A stretch of 64,000 nucleotides of DNA, taken from IMG/VR virus record IMGVR_UViG_3300005259_000041; one strand, given 5' to 3'. Positions within the stretch are counted from its first letter, which is position 1. Each line of letters starts with the position of its first letter. The notes under the pieces were generated by a model, which ran no database searches, was not told where the DNA came from, and worked only from the letters and a program-made list of their open reading frames with translations. The stretch is from an uncultured virus (IMG/VR IMGVR_UViG_3300005259_000041). Lineage: Duplodnaviria; Heunggongvirae; Uroviricota; Caudoviricetes. The translations under genes and the position numbers were made by a program. Below are positions 10,301-19,749 of this stretch, piece after piece.

Positions 10301-13300
10301 TGTCTGACATTTGTCGGTTTGACAATAATATGCATTGTACTAACTATCCTTATCCTATGGCAGAGTTTGAACAAACTTATCAGGGAGCGTTCACGCCAGC
10401 GGGCTGTATTTATGATCAAACTACTGGCAGCTATAGCTCTTGTGTAAAAATGGACGGCATCATCGCCGCCGATGGGTCCTCTCCGTCGGAAGCCGACCCA
10501 GACTTCATCTATCGCAAATCTGCCACTTCTAAGGTAAACGGTATTTGTTTGGAAACCTCTTGCAGATTCTACAGCGCGTCTGGCAAACAGAAAGATTTTG
10601 CTGGTATTAACGGGCGAGGTTTGTACTATCATAGTTGCCGCAACGCTCTTTGCCCTAACTATCAACCAATTTTACTGGGGAGCACCGAAGAAATTTTAGC
10701 AGATTATAACTATGTGGTAGATAACGTAGTGGTCGATTATGTCTATGGTGACAACGGTATAGATTGGAGTCCAAATTTATCTGCACTGCGCCAGACTAGC
10801 GGGCGATTTGGTATAGACACGGCGGGGGAAACGTATTATGTTTCCTATAAATATGGTGCCAGAGAACCAGCTCTTTACAATAATTTTGCCTATCTCCTTG
10901 GTACGAGAGAATTAGACGAAAGCTCCCGTCGCTGGGCGAAGGAAACATATAGAAAGGCGATTAGCGGTATCATATCTGCTTATCTCAGTGGCCCAACGCT
11001 GTATGGCATTGAAGAGTTGGTTAAAACTTTTACAGCAACCACCCCAGAGATTAAAGAGGGTAATACGCTGGGCTGGCGCTTAGGCGTAGACCACGTTTAT
11101 AGCTTGCCACCGGCCCTTGTCGGTACCTCCTTCTACAGCACGTCTACTCCAGTGACAGGGCAATCGGATCCGTTCGGCAAAGGTCTATGGATGAGACATA
11201 ACAATGCCCTGGCCTATGATGCCGATGTGAACTTCAGGATTGCCGAAGGCGGTCTAGATTTGTTCGTCGGGACCGATTGGCTGCGCAAAAATTCAGCTCC
11301 AGTAATTTTGGATTTGTATCAAAACAATTCCAAGGTTTTACGGGGAGAGGCTATTATCTCAGACGAGACAGTCAGCGCGGTTGGTATGGTTTATGACCCA
11401 GACTCTGAATCGTCTAAGGTGTCGAATCAGGCCATCTGGGAGAGCGTTATTGATGCTGGGGCGGTGGTTTCTTGGAAGTCTTTTAATCTTGGGGCGTTGA
11501 TTACCAACGGCAAGGTTAATGAGTTTTCTGCGGCAGACATTGATGTTTGGTTCTTGCCTTGGAACGAGGCAGGATACGGCAGTGAATACTGTGGTATCGT
11601 TGGTCAGGCTGATACGGAAGCCTATGCGACTTGGTATGGCGAAGACTATGGTTACCCAGAGATTGGGCCGCCATATGCCAGAATTTCATTAGAAACTTTT
11701 ACTGGCACGGATGGATACCTGTGTCCAAATCTTAATATGGAGACCTGCGCGCAGAATACGCTTCCTGTTTATTGCTTAGATAGAGATTCCTCTGTGCTTT
11801 ACGTCACCGGTGAAAACGACGAAAGCGCAGCGGCTACATTAGAGAAGTTACAAAAGGCAGTCGGGCGTAAAGTCACTATTCTCACTGGTGAAAAGGCCAA
11901 TAAGAGTTACTATGTACTTAGTTATGTAGCTGAAGATAAAATAGTGGGCAACACTACGTACCATGTGTATGGTTTGCATTTAGATGGCATGGTTTCCATG
12001 GACTATGCTGAAAATATCAGATATATTATTCATTCTCTGCCGGTACAGTCTTTATCTTTATCTTTACCTAATTCTAGACATCTGCGCGTTAGGATGCAGA
12101 TTTCAGTCAACCCGCTTGCTGGCACTGGCTATGGTGAGTACTATAATGAGTATCAGGGCTATGGCGAATACTACGGAGAGGTGGAAGATTTAATCACGGC
12201 TAATCTTGGCATAACTGAGGTCACCGTTACTTACAACAATCCGGTATGTGCCACCCCAAGCACAAAAATCACTACCCTTTTCGACGTGAACCACGAAGAT
12301 AGCGGGCCATATAGCAATAGGCTGTCTATTTTCAAAGACGCTAATAACTTATTGCATTTTAGGGTGTATGAACACGTAGACCTCAATAAGTCTGCTGTTC
12401 TTAAACCGGTTACCAATGGGGTTTCTTCAGTCTTTATTCAGGAAGAAGGGTGTAGGTCTTATTATGAAGTTGTTGTTGATTTGGAAAAATTTGATTTTGA
12501 CACTATGTGGGCCCATAGAACTCGACAATATATTGCTATGAGTTGGAAATTAGATGATGGCACACAGACGTGTGCGCAGAAAGACAGCGAAGTTCACGCT
12601 TTTATCAATGGTGCAGAAATTTCCACTCAACCCGAAGACGGGCAGGAGCTAAAAGACTGGATAGCAAACAGAGTGAGTTGGGCGCGCCGAGGGGTTTTGT
12701 GCCCAGATGGCACCTTAACCGAGTCGGACGTCTTTAATTTATCTAAAGCAAATGGCCTAGTGGACGTGGTGAGGGAAGACACATCATTGCAGAGAAGTCG
12801 TTTCAATACCATAACCCTTTGCGACGCACCAAAGTATGACGCTTCTGGTGTTTCTCTGTGGTTTAATGGCTGGAAGGAAGACACCACAACGCAGTGGAGT
12901 CAAACTGTAGTCGCCACAGAGAATATTAGTTATTTCGGTAATCGTTTGATGCTGGAGGCCGTGGACGCTAATAGGTTATGGCCCTGCGCGTTTACTGTCG
13001 GAGATTATCCTTCGGCGGGAAGCGTGTATGGTGAACCTGTTTCTGGGACCTATGTCTCTCAAATCTACGACAGTACTATTTTAGGTCTAGAGTGGACTAG
13101 GTTGGCTGTTAAGGTGTCTACGTCCAGTCTACAGCGCAGAGGATACGCTTTGAAATATACGGCTGGATGCGGAATCAGCCTCGATGAATGTGCCTCGGAA
13201 TATTGTGATTATGGATATGATGAATACGGCTCTGGTGCATTGAAGTCTCTATTTAAGGTTATGTATCGCACGGCTGACTATTCTGATGAATTGGTTGCGC

Positions 13301-13545
13301 AGCCATGGGTTGAATTAGATTTAATNNNNNNNNNNNNNNNNNTTAAGTGCGATTGGACTGTTGACTATGAAGCTACCCTGTCCGAGGCTAGCGGCAGATA
13401 TATACAATATCGCATAGAAATGTTGACGAATGGAAAAGACTCGCCGGTTATTTTCTCTGTTGATTTCGATAGTGTCAAAACTCTGCTTAACGCCGATTTG
13501 AATTTCAGTTTGGCCGGTAGAGACTTAACCATTTCTTTTGTGTGA
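7312..13545 (+). CDS. very large baseplate wedge/tail-associated protein (gpI/gp7-like core plus LamG-like region)
   Basis: 2077 aa after gpJ. Contains a gpI-like segment (LYNNFAYLLG...YRKAISGIISAYLSGPTLYGIEELVKTF...EIKEG) and LamG-like strands (RLSIFKD...LHFRV...YIAMSW...AFING). 17 N at 13326-13342. Confidence 0.65.
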   Translation: MNKLPVKLVAVTATALDELEIVFNQPVNPNLTSSNFVISPLYGVGSLGIVSIAQSQESAVTIIVRTDTQIPFMLYRVVSSGIRALNSSAIIETNSVDNVAVFDGFATDSTILDRMIDSMSPMLAYKTKVEPTTGQEVETFTSKLFRVVSDELNRVQDEIGKTRADYFIGVQVDSEAVVRGRGHYDKLSNVGVNEITRVAKEKSSEAIIKSDTSKVFFDGDVQLITQSIMGSLDVSLTPSSGYVEVDALSPALVNAGRFLLGLPTPQAGDKRYVRFVNAEEATITATPYVLNVQLGPILKVLAVLVQTGPVMTMYDLSNYALKTNFYDVGNAYVDVKLKDNQFKLSPVLGFPPPQAGDKVFVVYSYNNSTRKIQEGITVTAVVGSPVDRMPNTALPIIGSPDPNLDPAFDEVEMEQSSATGGAFFINNVGLLTSSGVNAATSTNTSLIIMKKDDVLIRIDHDTTLTELSDGRFVCLNPFQREVPWSVSRTLSWGEYMVNYRNTQSTSAQTEIAIAQFDAGSPNDTLLAARLTAFPQVVYVSYLRLATYEEDIDYSVILGNSNVYANDPLMVGAIALPSSGSSQISEGQEVDVAYEYEDVFVEGRDYNLFANVEECYERVGASMFVDEDGKFNIKTQYSPIEEVNRIFSEGTGVDYTVNRVYDDRVVINEPITVENVIEVVAFKDVTDVIELKDVAGALSLSHAMVLNETKTTLGGNIYDSVSLEKVDKLAVRTAYLSGTDAYLLKFQEQLIAQGETADRFTGIDTTSVLYPFTIDPYLLTDAYLQGLGLFEDVFNKNDCINITTFVGLNEEPSCFYGIIDSSVSFEPTVCVHDTGLVCDVTGVAFSPTDETNTDPNLYKSHCKSQSCFKYTSVFQKEVPFIDGKTEFYRRVVGEDGYPLVDNNGQYIFTRREAPGAYSIDYVNGVVHVAIDSWAPVVGLQSQIVARYTTAALLAKHQNILNVNYVQKQAISSAAGQNIQKTALNYLKIDHIDGDTIYLSDICRFDNNMHCTNYPYPMAEFEQTYQGAFTPAGCIYDQTTGSYSSCVKMDGIIAADGSSPSEADPDFIYRKSATSKVNGICLETSCRFYSASGKQKDFAGINGRGLYYHSCRNALCPNYQPILLGSTEEILADYNYVVDNVVVDYVYGDNGIDWSPNLSALRQTSGRFGIDTAGETYYVSYKYGAREPALYNNFAYLLGTRELDESSRRWAKETYRKAISGIISAYLSGPTLYGIEELVKTFTATTPEIKEGNTLGWRLGVDHVYSLPPALVGTSFYSTSTPVTGQSDPFGKGLWMRHNNALAYDADVNFRIAEGGLDLFVGTDWLRKNSAPVILDLYQNNSKVLRGEAIISDETVSAVGMVYDPDSESSKVSNQAIWESVIDAGAVVSWKSFNLGALITNGKVNEFSAADIDVWFLPWNEAGYGSEYCGIVGQADTEAYATWYGEDYGYPEIGPPYARISLETFTGTDGYLCPNLNMETCAQNTLPVYCLDRDSSVLYVTGENDESAAATLEKLQKAVGRKVTILTGEKANKSYYVLSYVAEDKIVGNTTYHVYGLHLDGMVSMDYAENIRYIIHSLPVQSLSLSLPNSRHLRVRMQISVNPLAGTGYGEYYNEYQGYGEYYGEVEDLITANLGITEVTVTYNNPVCATPSTKITTLFDVNHEDSGPYSNRLSIFKDANNLLHFRVYEHVDLNKSAVLKPVTNGVSSVFIQEEGCRSYYEVVVDLEKFDFDTMWAHRTRQYIAMSWKLDDGTQTCAQKDSEVHAFINGAEISTQPEDGQELKDWIANRVSWARRGVLCPDGTLTESDVFNLSKANGLVDVVREDTSLQRSRFNTITLCDAPKYDASGVSLWFNGWKEDTTTQWSQTVVATENISYFGNRLMLEAVDANRLWPCAFTVGDYPSAGSVYGEPVSGTYVSQIYDSTILGLEWTRLAVKVSTSSLQRRGYALKYTAGCGISLDECASEYCDYGYDEYGSGALKSLFKVMYRTADYSDELVAQPWVELDLXXXXXXXKCDWTVDYEATLSEASGRYIQYRIEMLTNGKDSPVIFSVDFDSVKTLLNADLNFSLAGRDLTISFV

Positions 13546-13560
13546 TGCGGAGAGAAGAGA

Positions 13561-14109
13561 GTGTCCCCCCTCACAACCCCATATCTGACGATTGTCGCAA
13601 ATATATTAGATGGCCCACCAACCATTCAGGCAGTGTGGCCATCTAAAACTATTACCAACTGTGTTTGGGCGGCAAATGGGGAAATAGTAGCCAATACTTC
13701 GGTTGCCTTTTTTGTTCCGACTGTTAGCGCGACGTATTCCGTAATCTTGACGGCCTCTGACAGCTCTGTAGCCGTTCCAGACAGCGTAGATGTGACAGTC
13801 GGGTATGTCGATATGAGTTTTGAGTTAATCACGTATAACGACATTAGCAATGCCTCCGATGTTAGTCGATATGCCACTTTTACCTTTGATGTGATAGAAA
13901 CACATGGCAAATCTTTTCCATTGTCGTATGTTAATTTTTTTGTATATCAAAACGGAGCCGTGATAGAAGACTTAACAAAAACTTCACCGACCGTGTCTTA
14001 TTCAGAATTAGCAGACGGTTGGCGCTTTGTTATTAACGGTGGAGAAACCAAACATAGATTCAAATCGGGTTCTAGCATTGTTGTTACTGTCAACGTCACT
14101 AATGGATAA
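13561..14109 (+). CDS. structural protein, paralog of the C-terminal domain of 17718..19742
   Basis: Shares WP.KT, FFVPT, SRY..F.FDV.E, PLSY.NFFVYQNG, VSY.EL..GWRF.ING and RFK.GS.I.V.V.VTN with the C-terminal ~180 aa of 17718..19742. Confidence 0.7.
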   Translation: MSPLTTPYLTIVANILDGPPTIQAVWPSKTITNCVWAANGEIVANTSVAFFVPTVSATYSVILTASDSSVAVPDSVDVTVGYVDMSFELITYNDISNASDVSRYATFTFDVIETHGKSFPLSYVNFFVYQNGAVIEDLTKTSPTVSYSELADGWRFVINGGETKHRFKSGSSIVVTVNVTNG

Positions 14110-14126
14110 GAGATAGGGAGACGACT

Positions 14127-17100
14127 ATGTCTATTTTTTATATGGATTATGAAAATGGGAATGATTCAACAACAGCCACCCCCTTGGGTTGGTGGAGTGT
14201 GCTTGTGAAGTCTGCTACGGGCACCGTTCCTGCCGCAGACGAGACAATGACGGGGGCTACTAGTTTTGCCACTGCAAAGTTAACTATATTAGACCCCACT
14301 TGGCCTGGGGGGCCCATTCAGTATCCACTTCTTTTCTCAGATACTTATGTTAAGGCGACATCCAGCTCAACAGGCACCTATGCGGCTTTCAACGCTACCA
14401 ATCCAGCGCTTTCTCTAACTGGTACTTGGGACGCTACATCTTGGCTGGGAAACACAACCAATCAGCGCTTTCATTTTGACCTTGGGGTGGCCCGAGTAAT
14501 CTCTAAAATAACCTATAACAATAACCACTATATCGGCAGCTCCACCAATGTAGGCGTAAAGAATTTTACCTTCTGGGGCAGCAATGACGCCACAGCCTTT
14601 GCCACTTTAACCTATGGCACCGACACCAATTGGACGCAACTCACGTGTGACGCTTCCCAGTTTCTGCAGCATGCCTCGTCAGATGTGATAGAGTCTCACG
14701 ACATTGCGGTTACCAATACAACTGCGTATAGGTATTATGCATTTAAGTTTGCAGATAATTGGGGTCATGGCACCTATATGGGGGTCAGGAGGATTTACCT
14801 TACCGATGCTTATCCGACTCTTTACTTTTATGGCAAGAGTGGCACCTTTCAGAGTGAAACTGTGAATTTTTCGGGTGGGAGCAGTGGCACTATAGAAGCC
14901 GATCTTACATACTGCGCTTGGAAGACCGTCACATCTGGGGCCACCGCTGTTAGAACGGCGCCTGGAGACACAATCCGCATAGCCAAAAGCGGAGGGGTTA
15001 CCTCCTTGGGCTCTTGTCAGTGGACGGGAGTGTCGAGAGTTGGTGGAGGTTTTCCTGCGCCGACGGCCACAGCATTGTCTGCGCCATACTCCACATATGC
15101 TAGCCCTATAGTCGCAACTTCATCAACCTTGGCCGCCTCGATTAACAACGGAGATGTCGTCTATGTCCATTCACATTCTGGCAACACAGCGGCCAATGGC
15201 GCTTGGGTGGTTTCCAATAAGTCTGGCAATAATTTCACATTGACAGACTCTGTGGGCAACGGTATTCCTGGGGCAGACGGTTACGTGCAGTCTGCAACCT
15301 CTAAGGCTGTAGTATTGCCCTCGGTGCAGACGATGGACATCAGCAGGTGTGAAGACATAGGTCAAATGATTACCAACAGTACATTTACCAGCAATGCGAA
15401 TGGGTGGACTTTGGGCGGTGGTGGCGGCACTCCCGACTGGAGATATACATCCAACTATGTGGACCATGCAAACCTTGGGGGCACGAATGCCCTCCAACCG
15501 TCTACTCCTCTTCCCATAGTCGCCAATACGCCATATTATGTCACGTTCACGCTGTCTAGCGTGACAGGTGGTTCTGTGACCGCCTCCGTCGGGGCTACCA
15601 ATGGAACGGCGAGGAGCACCAGCGCCACCTTCAGCGAAGTCATCGTAGCTGGAGACACTACTAACTTGAAATTCACGCCGTCGAACGATTTCGCTGGTAG
15701 AATCGACACCATCACTATGAGCACCGGTGCGTGGTTCGCAGACAACTCCAGCACGGTCACCTTCACTGGATATACATCGGCCAAAGAGGGCAGCGCGGCG
15801 GTTAAGATTACAAAGGCTTCGTATGGCACTAACACGCTTTACGCCCATTGCCCCTTAGCTTCTTTAAACTTGTCCGGTTACCAAAAAATCACTTTCTGGC
15901 TTTACAACTCGGCAGCGATAGCAGACGCAACCACTTGGGTGATAACATTATGTTCTGATACGGCTGGAACTACTGCGGTGGACACCTTCATTATTCCTGC
16001 GATAACCACAACGGGTTGGATTCCACTTACATTAGCTAGGGTGGGAACCGGCAGCCTAGGTGGCAACATCAAAGCCATCTCAGTATCTACCGGTGCCACT
16101 GCTCCCACGGGCAATTCTTACATATTCCTAGATAATATCATGGCGACAACCACCAATGGGCTTAATTTGCAAAGCCTGATTAGTAAATCGTCGACTGAAT
16201 ATATTGACCCACCATACACCAATACCACGGAGGGTTGGTATGCTATTCAGAGCATAAATGGTAAAGTGATAATGTTAGATGGTTGTGATCCTGGAACTTG
16301 CACGCCGACACATGCTTACAATCGAGGGTATTATGACATTGGCGACCCAATGACAAGTACGCCGCATTCTGCCACTACTTATTACAGGGAGACAATCAAA
16401 ACAACCTTAGCGACATCGTCCACCGCGCAGGTGCAGACAGTCCAAGAGAGTGGCGTGGCTGGCAGTTACATTCAATACCAAGGCGGATTCAATACTGCCA
16501 CTAACATTCAAGATGGTGAAACAGTTTTTGATGGTTTAACTGCCGCCGGCTATGGTCTATATTTGTCGTCAAAGAGCTATGTCACTGTCAATAGACTGAG
16601 CCTGTATAGATATTATATTGGATTGTCTTTGTCCGCTGTTTCCTCTCTTAACCTCACCTGCGGTAATCTTAGCCATACCGCGTTCTATGGCTTGTATGCC
16701 AATGGCCTCTCGTCCTCTATTGTGAATGTGGGCAATGCAAATTTCAATGTTCAGTATGGCATTGGGCCAGCAGGATTACCCACCAATAACACCTATACCA
16801 TAGGTAGCGCTAATTGTAATTATACCGGGGGTCTTGTTGTTAATGGTGATACTTATTCCACTATAAGCGTGAACTTTGTTTGTAACAATGGTATAGGCGG
16901 CCAAGGGGGGCTTCAGCTATATAACGCTAAAAGCATAACCGTTGCCCCCGCCGTTACTGACACTAGTTGCAATACGGGTGCGGGGCTATATGTGAATCAG
17001 GGTGGCATAGACCATTTAATAATGGCGGGCACGTCTAAAAATAATTCCACTTATGGTTTTGCTGTGGGTCAAGTCCCCTATGACGGAATTAGAGTCTGTA

Positions 17101-17705
17101 ATATGTATGCTTCGGGAAACACCACAGCGTCTGTACAGGTGACGTCATCTACGTCATCGAGTATGGGTTCTATGTATTTATATAATTGTTTTTTGGGTGA
17201 CTCTGCGGAGTTCAGTACGGTCAGTTTAGCACTAAGTTCAAATTTCCATCTTTATTCTCAACGACACGATCAAACGGTGGATAATCATTATATTTTGTTT
17301 GATGGTGGAAACATTATCACCGACACAACAACCAGGCACACTGCTTCTGGTATCTGTTGGAAAATTTCACCAACATCAACCACTAGAAATATTTATTATC
17401 CTATGAGGCTGTCGGTGGGGAAAGTGGCTGTTACTGCGGGCACATTAGTTACGGTTGGGGTATGGGTGAACAAGACGCACGCTACGGACATTGCTGCCCA
17501 ACTTTTCATTCAGGGGGGCCAGGTGCCTGGTGTTTTATCTAACTTGGCCACGGTTGCCTCTGACGATACGGGATACCAGCACCTCACGAAAACATTCACT
17601 CCATCCGAGGCTGGCGTAGTCGGCATAGAAGTGTGGGTGTGGTGGGTGGCCAACACGGCGGACGAATCCGTGTATGTAGACGATTTCACAGCTACGCAAG
17701 TATAA
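14127..17705 (+). CDS. tail fibre/receptor-binding protein with discoidin (F5/8C)-like, CBM-like and right-handed beta-helix regions
   Basis: FDLG...ISKI...KNFTFWGSND...W...AYRYY is discoidin-like; C-terminal N-rich GLY/N repeats fit a parallel beta-helix; very Ser/Thr-rich; GGGAG RBS. Confidence 0.65.
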   Translation: MSIFYMDYENGNDSTTATPLGWWSVLVKSATGTVPAADETMTGATSFATAKLTILDPTWPGGPIQYPLLFSDTYVKATSSSTGTYAAFNATNPALSLTGTWDATSWLGNTTNQRFHFDLGVARVISKITYNNNHYIGSSTNVGVKNFTFWGSNDATAFATLTYGTDTNWTQLTCDASQFLQHASSDVIESHDIAVTNTTAYRYYAFKFADNWGHGTYMGVRRIYLTDAYPTLYFYGKSGTFQSETVNFSGGSSGTIEADLTYCAWKTVTSGATAVRTAPGDTIRIAKSGGVTSLGSCQWTGVSRVGGGFPAPTATALSAPYSTYASPIVATSSTLAASINNGDVVYVHSHSGNTAANGAWVVSNKSGNNFTLTDSVGNGIPGADGYVQSATSKAVVLPSVQTMDISRCEDIGQMITNSTFTSNANGWTLGGGGGTPDWRYTSNYVDHANLGGTNALQPSTPLPIVANTPYYVTFTLSSVTGGSVTASVGATNGTARSTSATFSEVIVAGDTTNLKFTPSNDFAGRIDTITMSTGAWFADNSSTVTFTGYTSAKEGSAAVKITKASYGTNTLYAHCPLASLNLSGYQKITFWLYNSAAIADATTWVITLCSDTAGTTAVDTFIIPAITTTGWIPLTLARVGTGSLGGNIKAISVSTGATAPTGNSYIFLDNIMATTTNGLNLQSLISKSSTEYIDPPYTNTTEGWYAIQSINGKVIMLDGCDPGTCTPTHAYNRGYYDIGDPMTSTPHSATTYYRETIKTTLATSSTAQVQTVQESGVAGSYIQYQGGFNTATNIQDGETVFDGLTAAGYGLYLSSKSYVTVNRLSLYRYYIGLSLSAVSSLNLTCGNLSHTAFYGLYANGLSSSIVNVGNANFNVQYGIGPAGLPTNNTYTIGSANCNYTGGLVVNGDTYSTISVNFVCNNGIGGQGGLQLYNAKSITVAPAVTDTSCNTGAGLYVNQGGIDHLIMAGTSKNNSTYGFAVGQVPYDGIRVCNMYASGNTTASVQVTSSTSSSMGSMYLYNCFLGDSAEFSTVSLALSSNFHLYSQRHDQTVDNHYILFDGGNIITDTTTRHTASGICWKISPTSTTRNIYYPMRLSVGKVAVTAGTLVTVGVWVNKTHATDIAAQLFIQGGQVPGVLSNLATVASDDTGYQHLTKTFTPSEAGVVGIEVWVWWVANTADESVYVDDFTATQV

Positions 17706-17717
17706 ACGAGGTTAATA

Positions 17718-19742
17718 ATGCCCCTCCCCGGTAGTGGCGCTTTAAATGGAATGGACTACGCCTTTCAGGCTGAGCCGTTTGTTCAGGTTCCAGCTAAAGC
17801 AGATGCCGTTCCATTAGACTTAGCCTTTAACGCACAGCCCTTTCTGTCGGCGAACCTACCAATTAATATGTATGGAGACGCCTCTGGGTGTGCGAGTGTG
17901 GCTTTGTCTACTGACGCCTATGCCGTTTATCAATGGCAAACGTCAGCTGACAATGCTATTTGGGCCGATATTTCATTGGCGACTAACCCCACATACACAG
18001 TCGTCTCTACTGCCTACTATAGAGTGTCTGCCAAAGTTAGCATATCAGACCCATGGTTATATTCCACTGGTCAACTAGTCACTATTTACGCTACGCCAGT
18101 AATGGGTATAGTCGGGGGTTCTGCAGACTGCACGTCCGTTACATTGACCGCCACCGGCTCAGACATTGTTACTTATCAGTGGGCTAAGGGCGGTAGCCCC
18201 GTCGGAACCAACAGCGACACTTACGTGGCGACCGAAAGCGGGTCTTATACTGTCGCAGGCACCAATTCCCATAGTTGTTATGGGATATCGTCTGCCCATG
18301 CAGTTACTATCTATGGTTTTCCAACTATCTCTATTACGGGTGATGCGTCTGGCTGTGATGAAGTGTTGCTTTCCACTACGTCTTCTGACGTGGCCGCCTA
18401 TCAGTGGAAAATAGACGGAGATATTATCCCGGGCGCGGAAAGCAGTACATATACCGCGACCACCAGCGGAAGTTACACTGTTGTCGGAACCAGTATCCAT
18501 TCTTGTGCCACCGAATCAGCTGCCCAAGTCGTTGCGGTGTATGCTTCGCCGACTATCAGCATTACTGGTGACGCCACTGGTTGTGGCTCAGTGCTTCTTT
18601 CTACGACCTCTTCGGGGGTGGCGTCTTATCAATGGAAGTTGGGTGGCAGCATTATTCTAGGCGCCGAAAGCGACACATATACCGCCACGGAAAGTGGCAG
18701 CTATACGGTAGTCGGAACCAGCTCGCATTCATGCGTCACTGAGTCTGCGCCCCACGCAACAACGGTATATGTGCCACCCACCATTAGTATTTCTGGAGCA
18801 ACTTCTGGGTGTGACTCCGTATCCCTTTCCACGGTTGAGTCCGGGGTGGTGTCTTACCAATGGAAATTAGATGGAGATATCATTGTCGGGGCAGAGAGCG
18901 ATACTTATGTAGCCACGGCTAGCGGCAGCTACACCGTTGTCGGTACCAGCGCAGACGCGTGTGTTGCGGAATCTAGTAGTCACGTCGTTACGGTTTATAT
19001 CACCCCAGCGGCGCCAACGATTACTGTAACTTTTGCTACGCTGTCTGTGCCAAATATTTATGCTGCCTATCAGTGGCGCTTAGAGGGCGATGACATTTTA
19101 GGGGCTACTTCGGCCACTCACGCTGCCTCTGTTCCAGGCAATTATTCCATTCTTGTAACGGATGCTAACGGATGCTCTGTTCTTTCGGCAGAAATATTCC
19201 TTAATTTGGACGCGTATGTGTCCGTGACGGCTAATCCTGTCGGCCCAGCAAAGTTAGAGGCTCTGTGGCCAGGTAAGACCGTGGCTAGAGTTTACTGGTT
19301 CTTGAATAATGTTATGTTATTTAATACGACGGAAGAGTTCTTTGTACCTACGGCTACGGGATATTACAAAGCAGCTATTCAGACGGTTGATAATTTTACA
19401 GCTATGACTCCAAATGTTTATGTTGCAGGGTCTTACGTGGAATGGGCTCCCGCACTGGCATTAAATGGCTCTGTCGCAAGTGGGGCCATATTGAGCCGAT
19501 ATACGGATATCATTTTTGACGTGACGGAACCGACGGGCCGATTCTTGCCCCTTTCGTATATTAATTTCTTTGTATATCAGAACGGAGGTCTTCTAGAGTC
19601 TATAACTAAGGACTCTCCGTATGTTTCCTATACGGAACTTTCAAATGGCTGGCGCTTCACCATAAATGGCCCCTCCGTTAGCCCTAAATATAGATTTAAA
19701 AATGGGTCTATCATAGAAGTGAAAGTCACTGTAACTAATTGA
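17718..19742 (+). CDS. Ig-like repeat tail-fibre/virion protein
   Basis: Tandem 76-aa repeats PTISITG..SGC..V.LS......YQWK..G..I.GA.S.TY.AT.SGSYTVVGT...SC; C-terminal domain is paralogous to 13561..14109. Confidence 0.75.
   Translation: MPLPGSGALNGMDYAFQAEPFVQVPAKADAVPLDLAFNAQPFLSANLPINMYGDASGCASVALSTDAYAVYQWQTSADNAIWADISLATNPTYTVVSTAYYRVSAKVSISDPWLYSTGQLVTIYATPVMGIVGGSADCTSVTLTATGSDIVTYQWAKGGSPVGTNSDTYVATESGSYTVAGTNSHSCYGISSAHAVTIYGFPTISITGDASGCDEVLLSTTSSDVAAYQWKIDGDIIPGAESSTYTATTSGSYTVVGTSIHSCATESAAQVVAVYASPTISITGDATGCGSVLLSTTSSGVASYQWKLGGSIILGAESDTYTATESGSYTVVGTSSHSCVTESAPHATTVYVPPTISISGATSGCDSVSLSTVESGVVSYQWKLDGDIIVGAESDTYVATASGSYTVVGTSADACVAESSSHVVTVYITPAAPTITVTFATLSVPNIYAAYQWRLEGDDILGATSATHAASVPGNYSILVTDANGCSVLSAEIFLNLDAYVSVTANPVGPAKLEALWPGKTVARVYWFLNNVMLFNTTEEFFVPTATGYYKAAIQTVDNFTAMTPNVYVAGSYVEWAPALALNGSVASGAILSRYTDIIFDVTEPTGRFLPLSYINFFVYQNGGLLESITKDSPYVSYTELSNGWRFTINGPSVSPKYRFKNGSIIEVKVTVTN
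17859..19190 (+). repeat. about 6 tandem coding repeats (core period 228 nt / 76 aa)
   Basis: Well-conserved unit starts at 18321, 18549 and 18777 (228-nt spacing); more diverged units near 17859, 18096 and 19014. Confidence 0.85.
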
Positions 19743-19749
19743 GGATAAT

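Noticed and set aside
13326..13342. 17-N run in the giant wedge gene as a hypervariable (DGR-type) site
   Set aside because: It is only an assembly gap; no reverse transcriptase or template/variable repeat pair differing at adenines is seen in the window.
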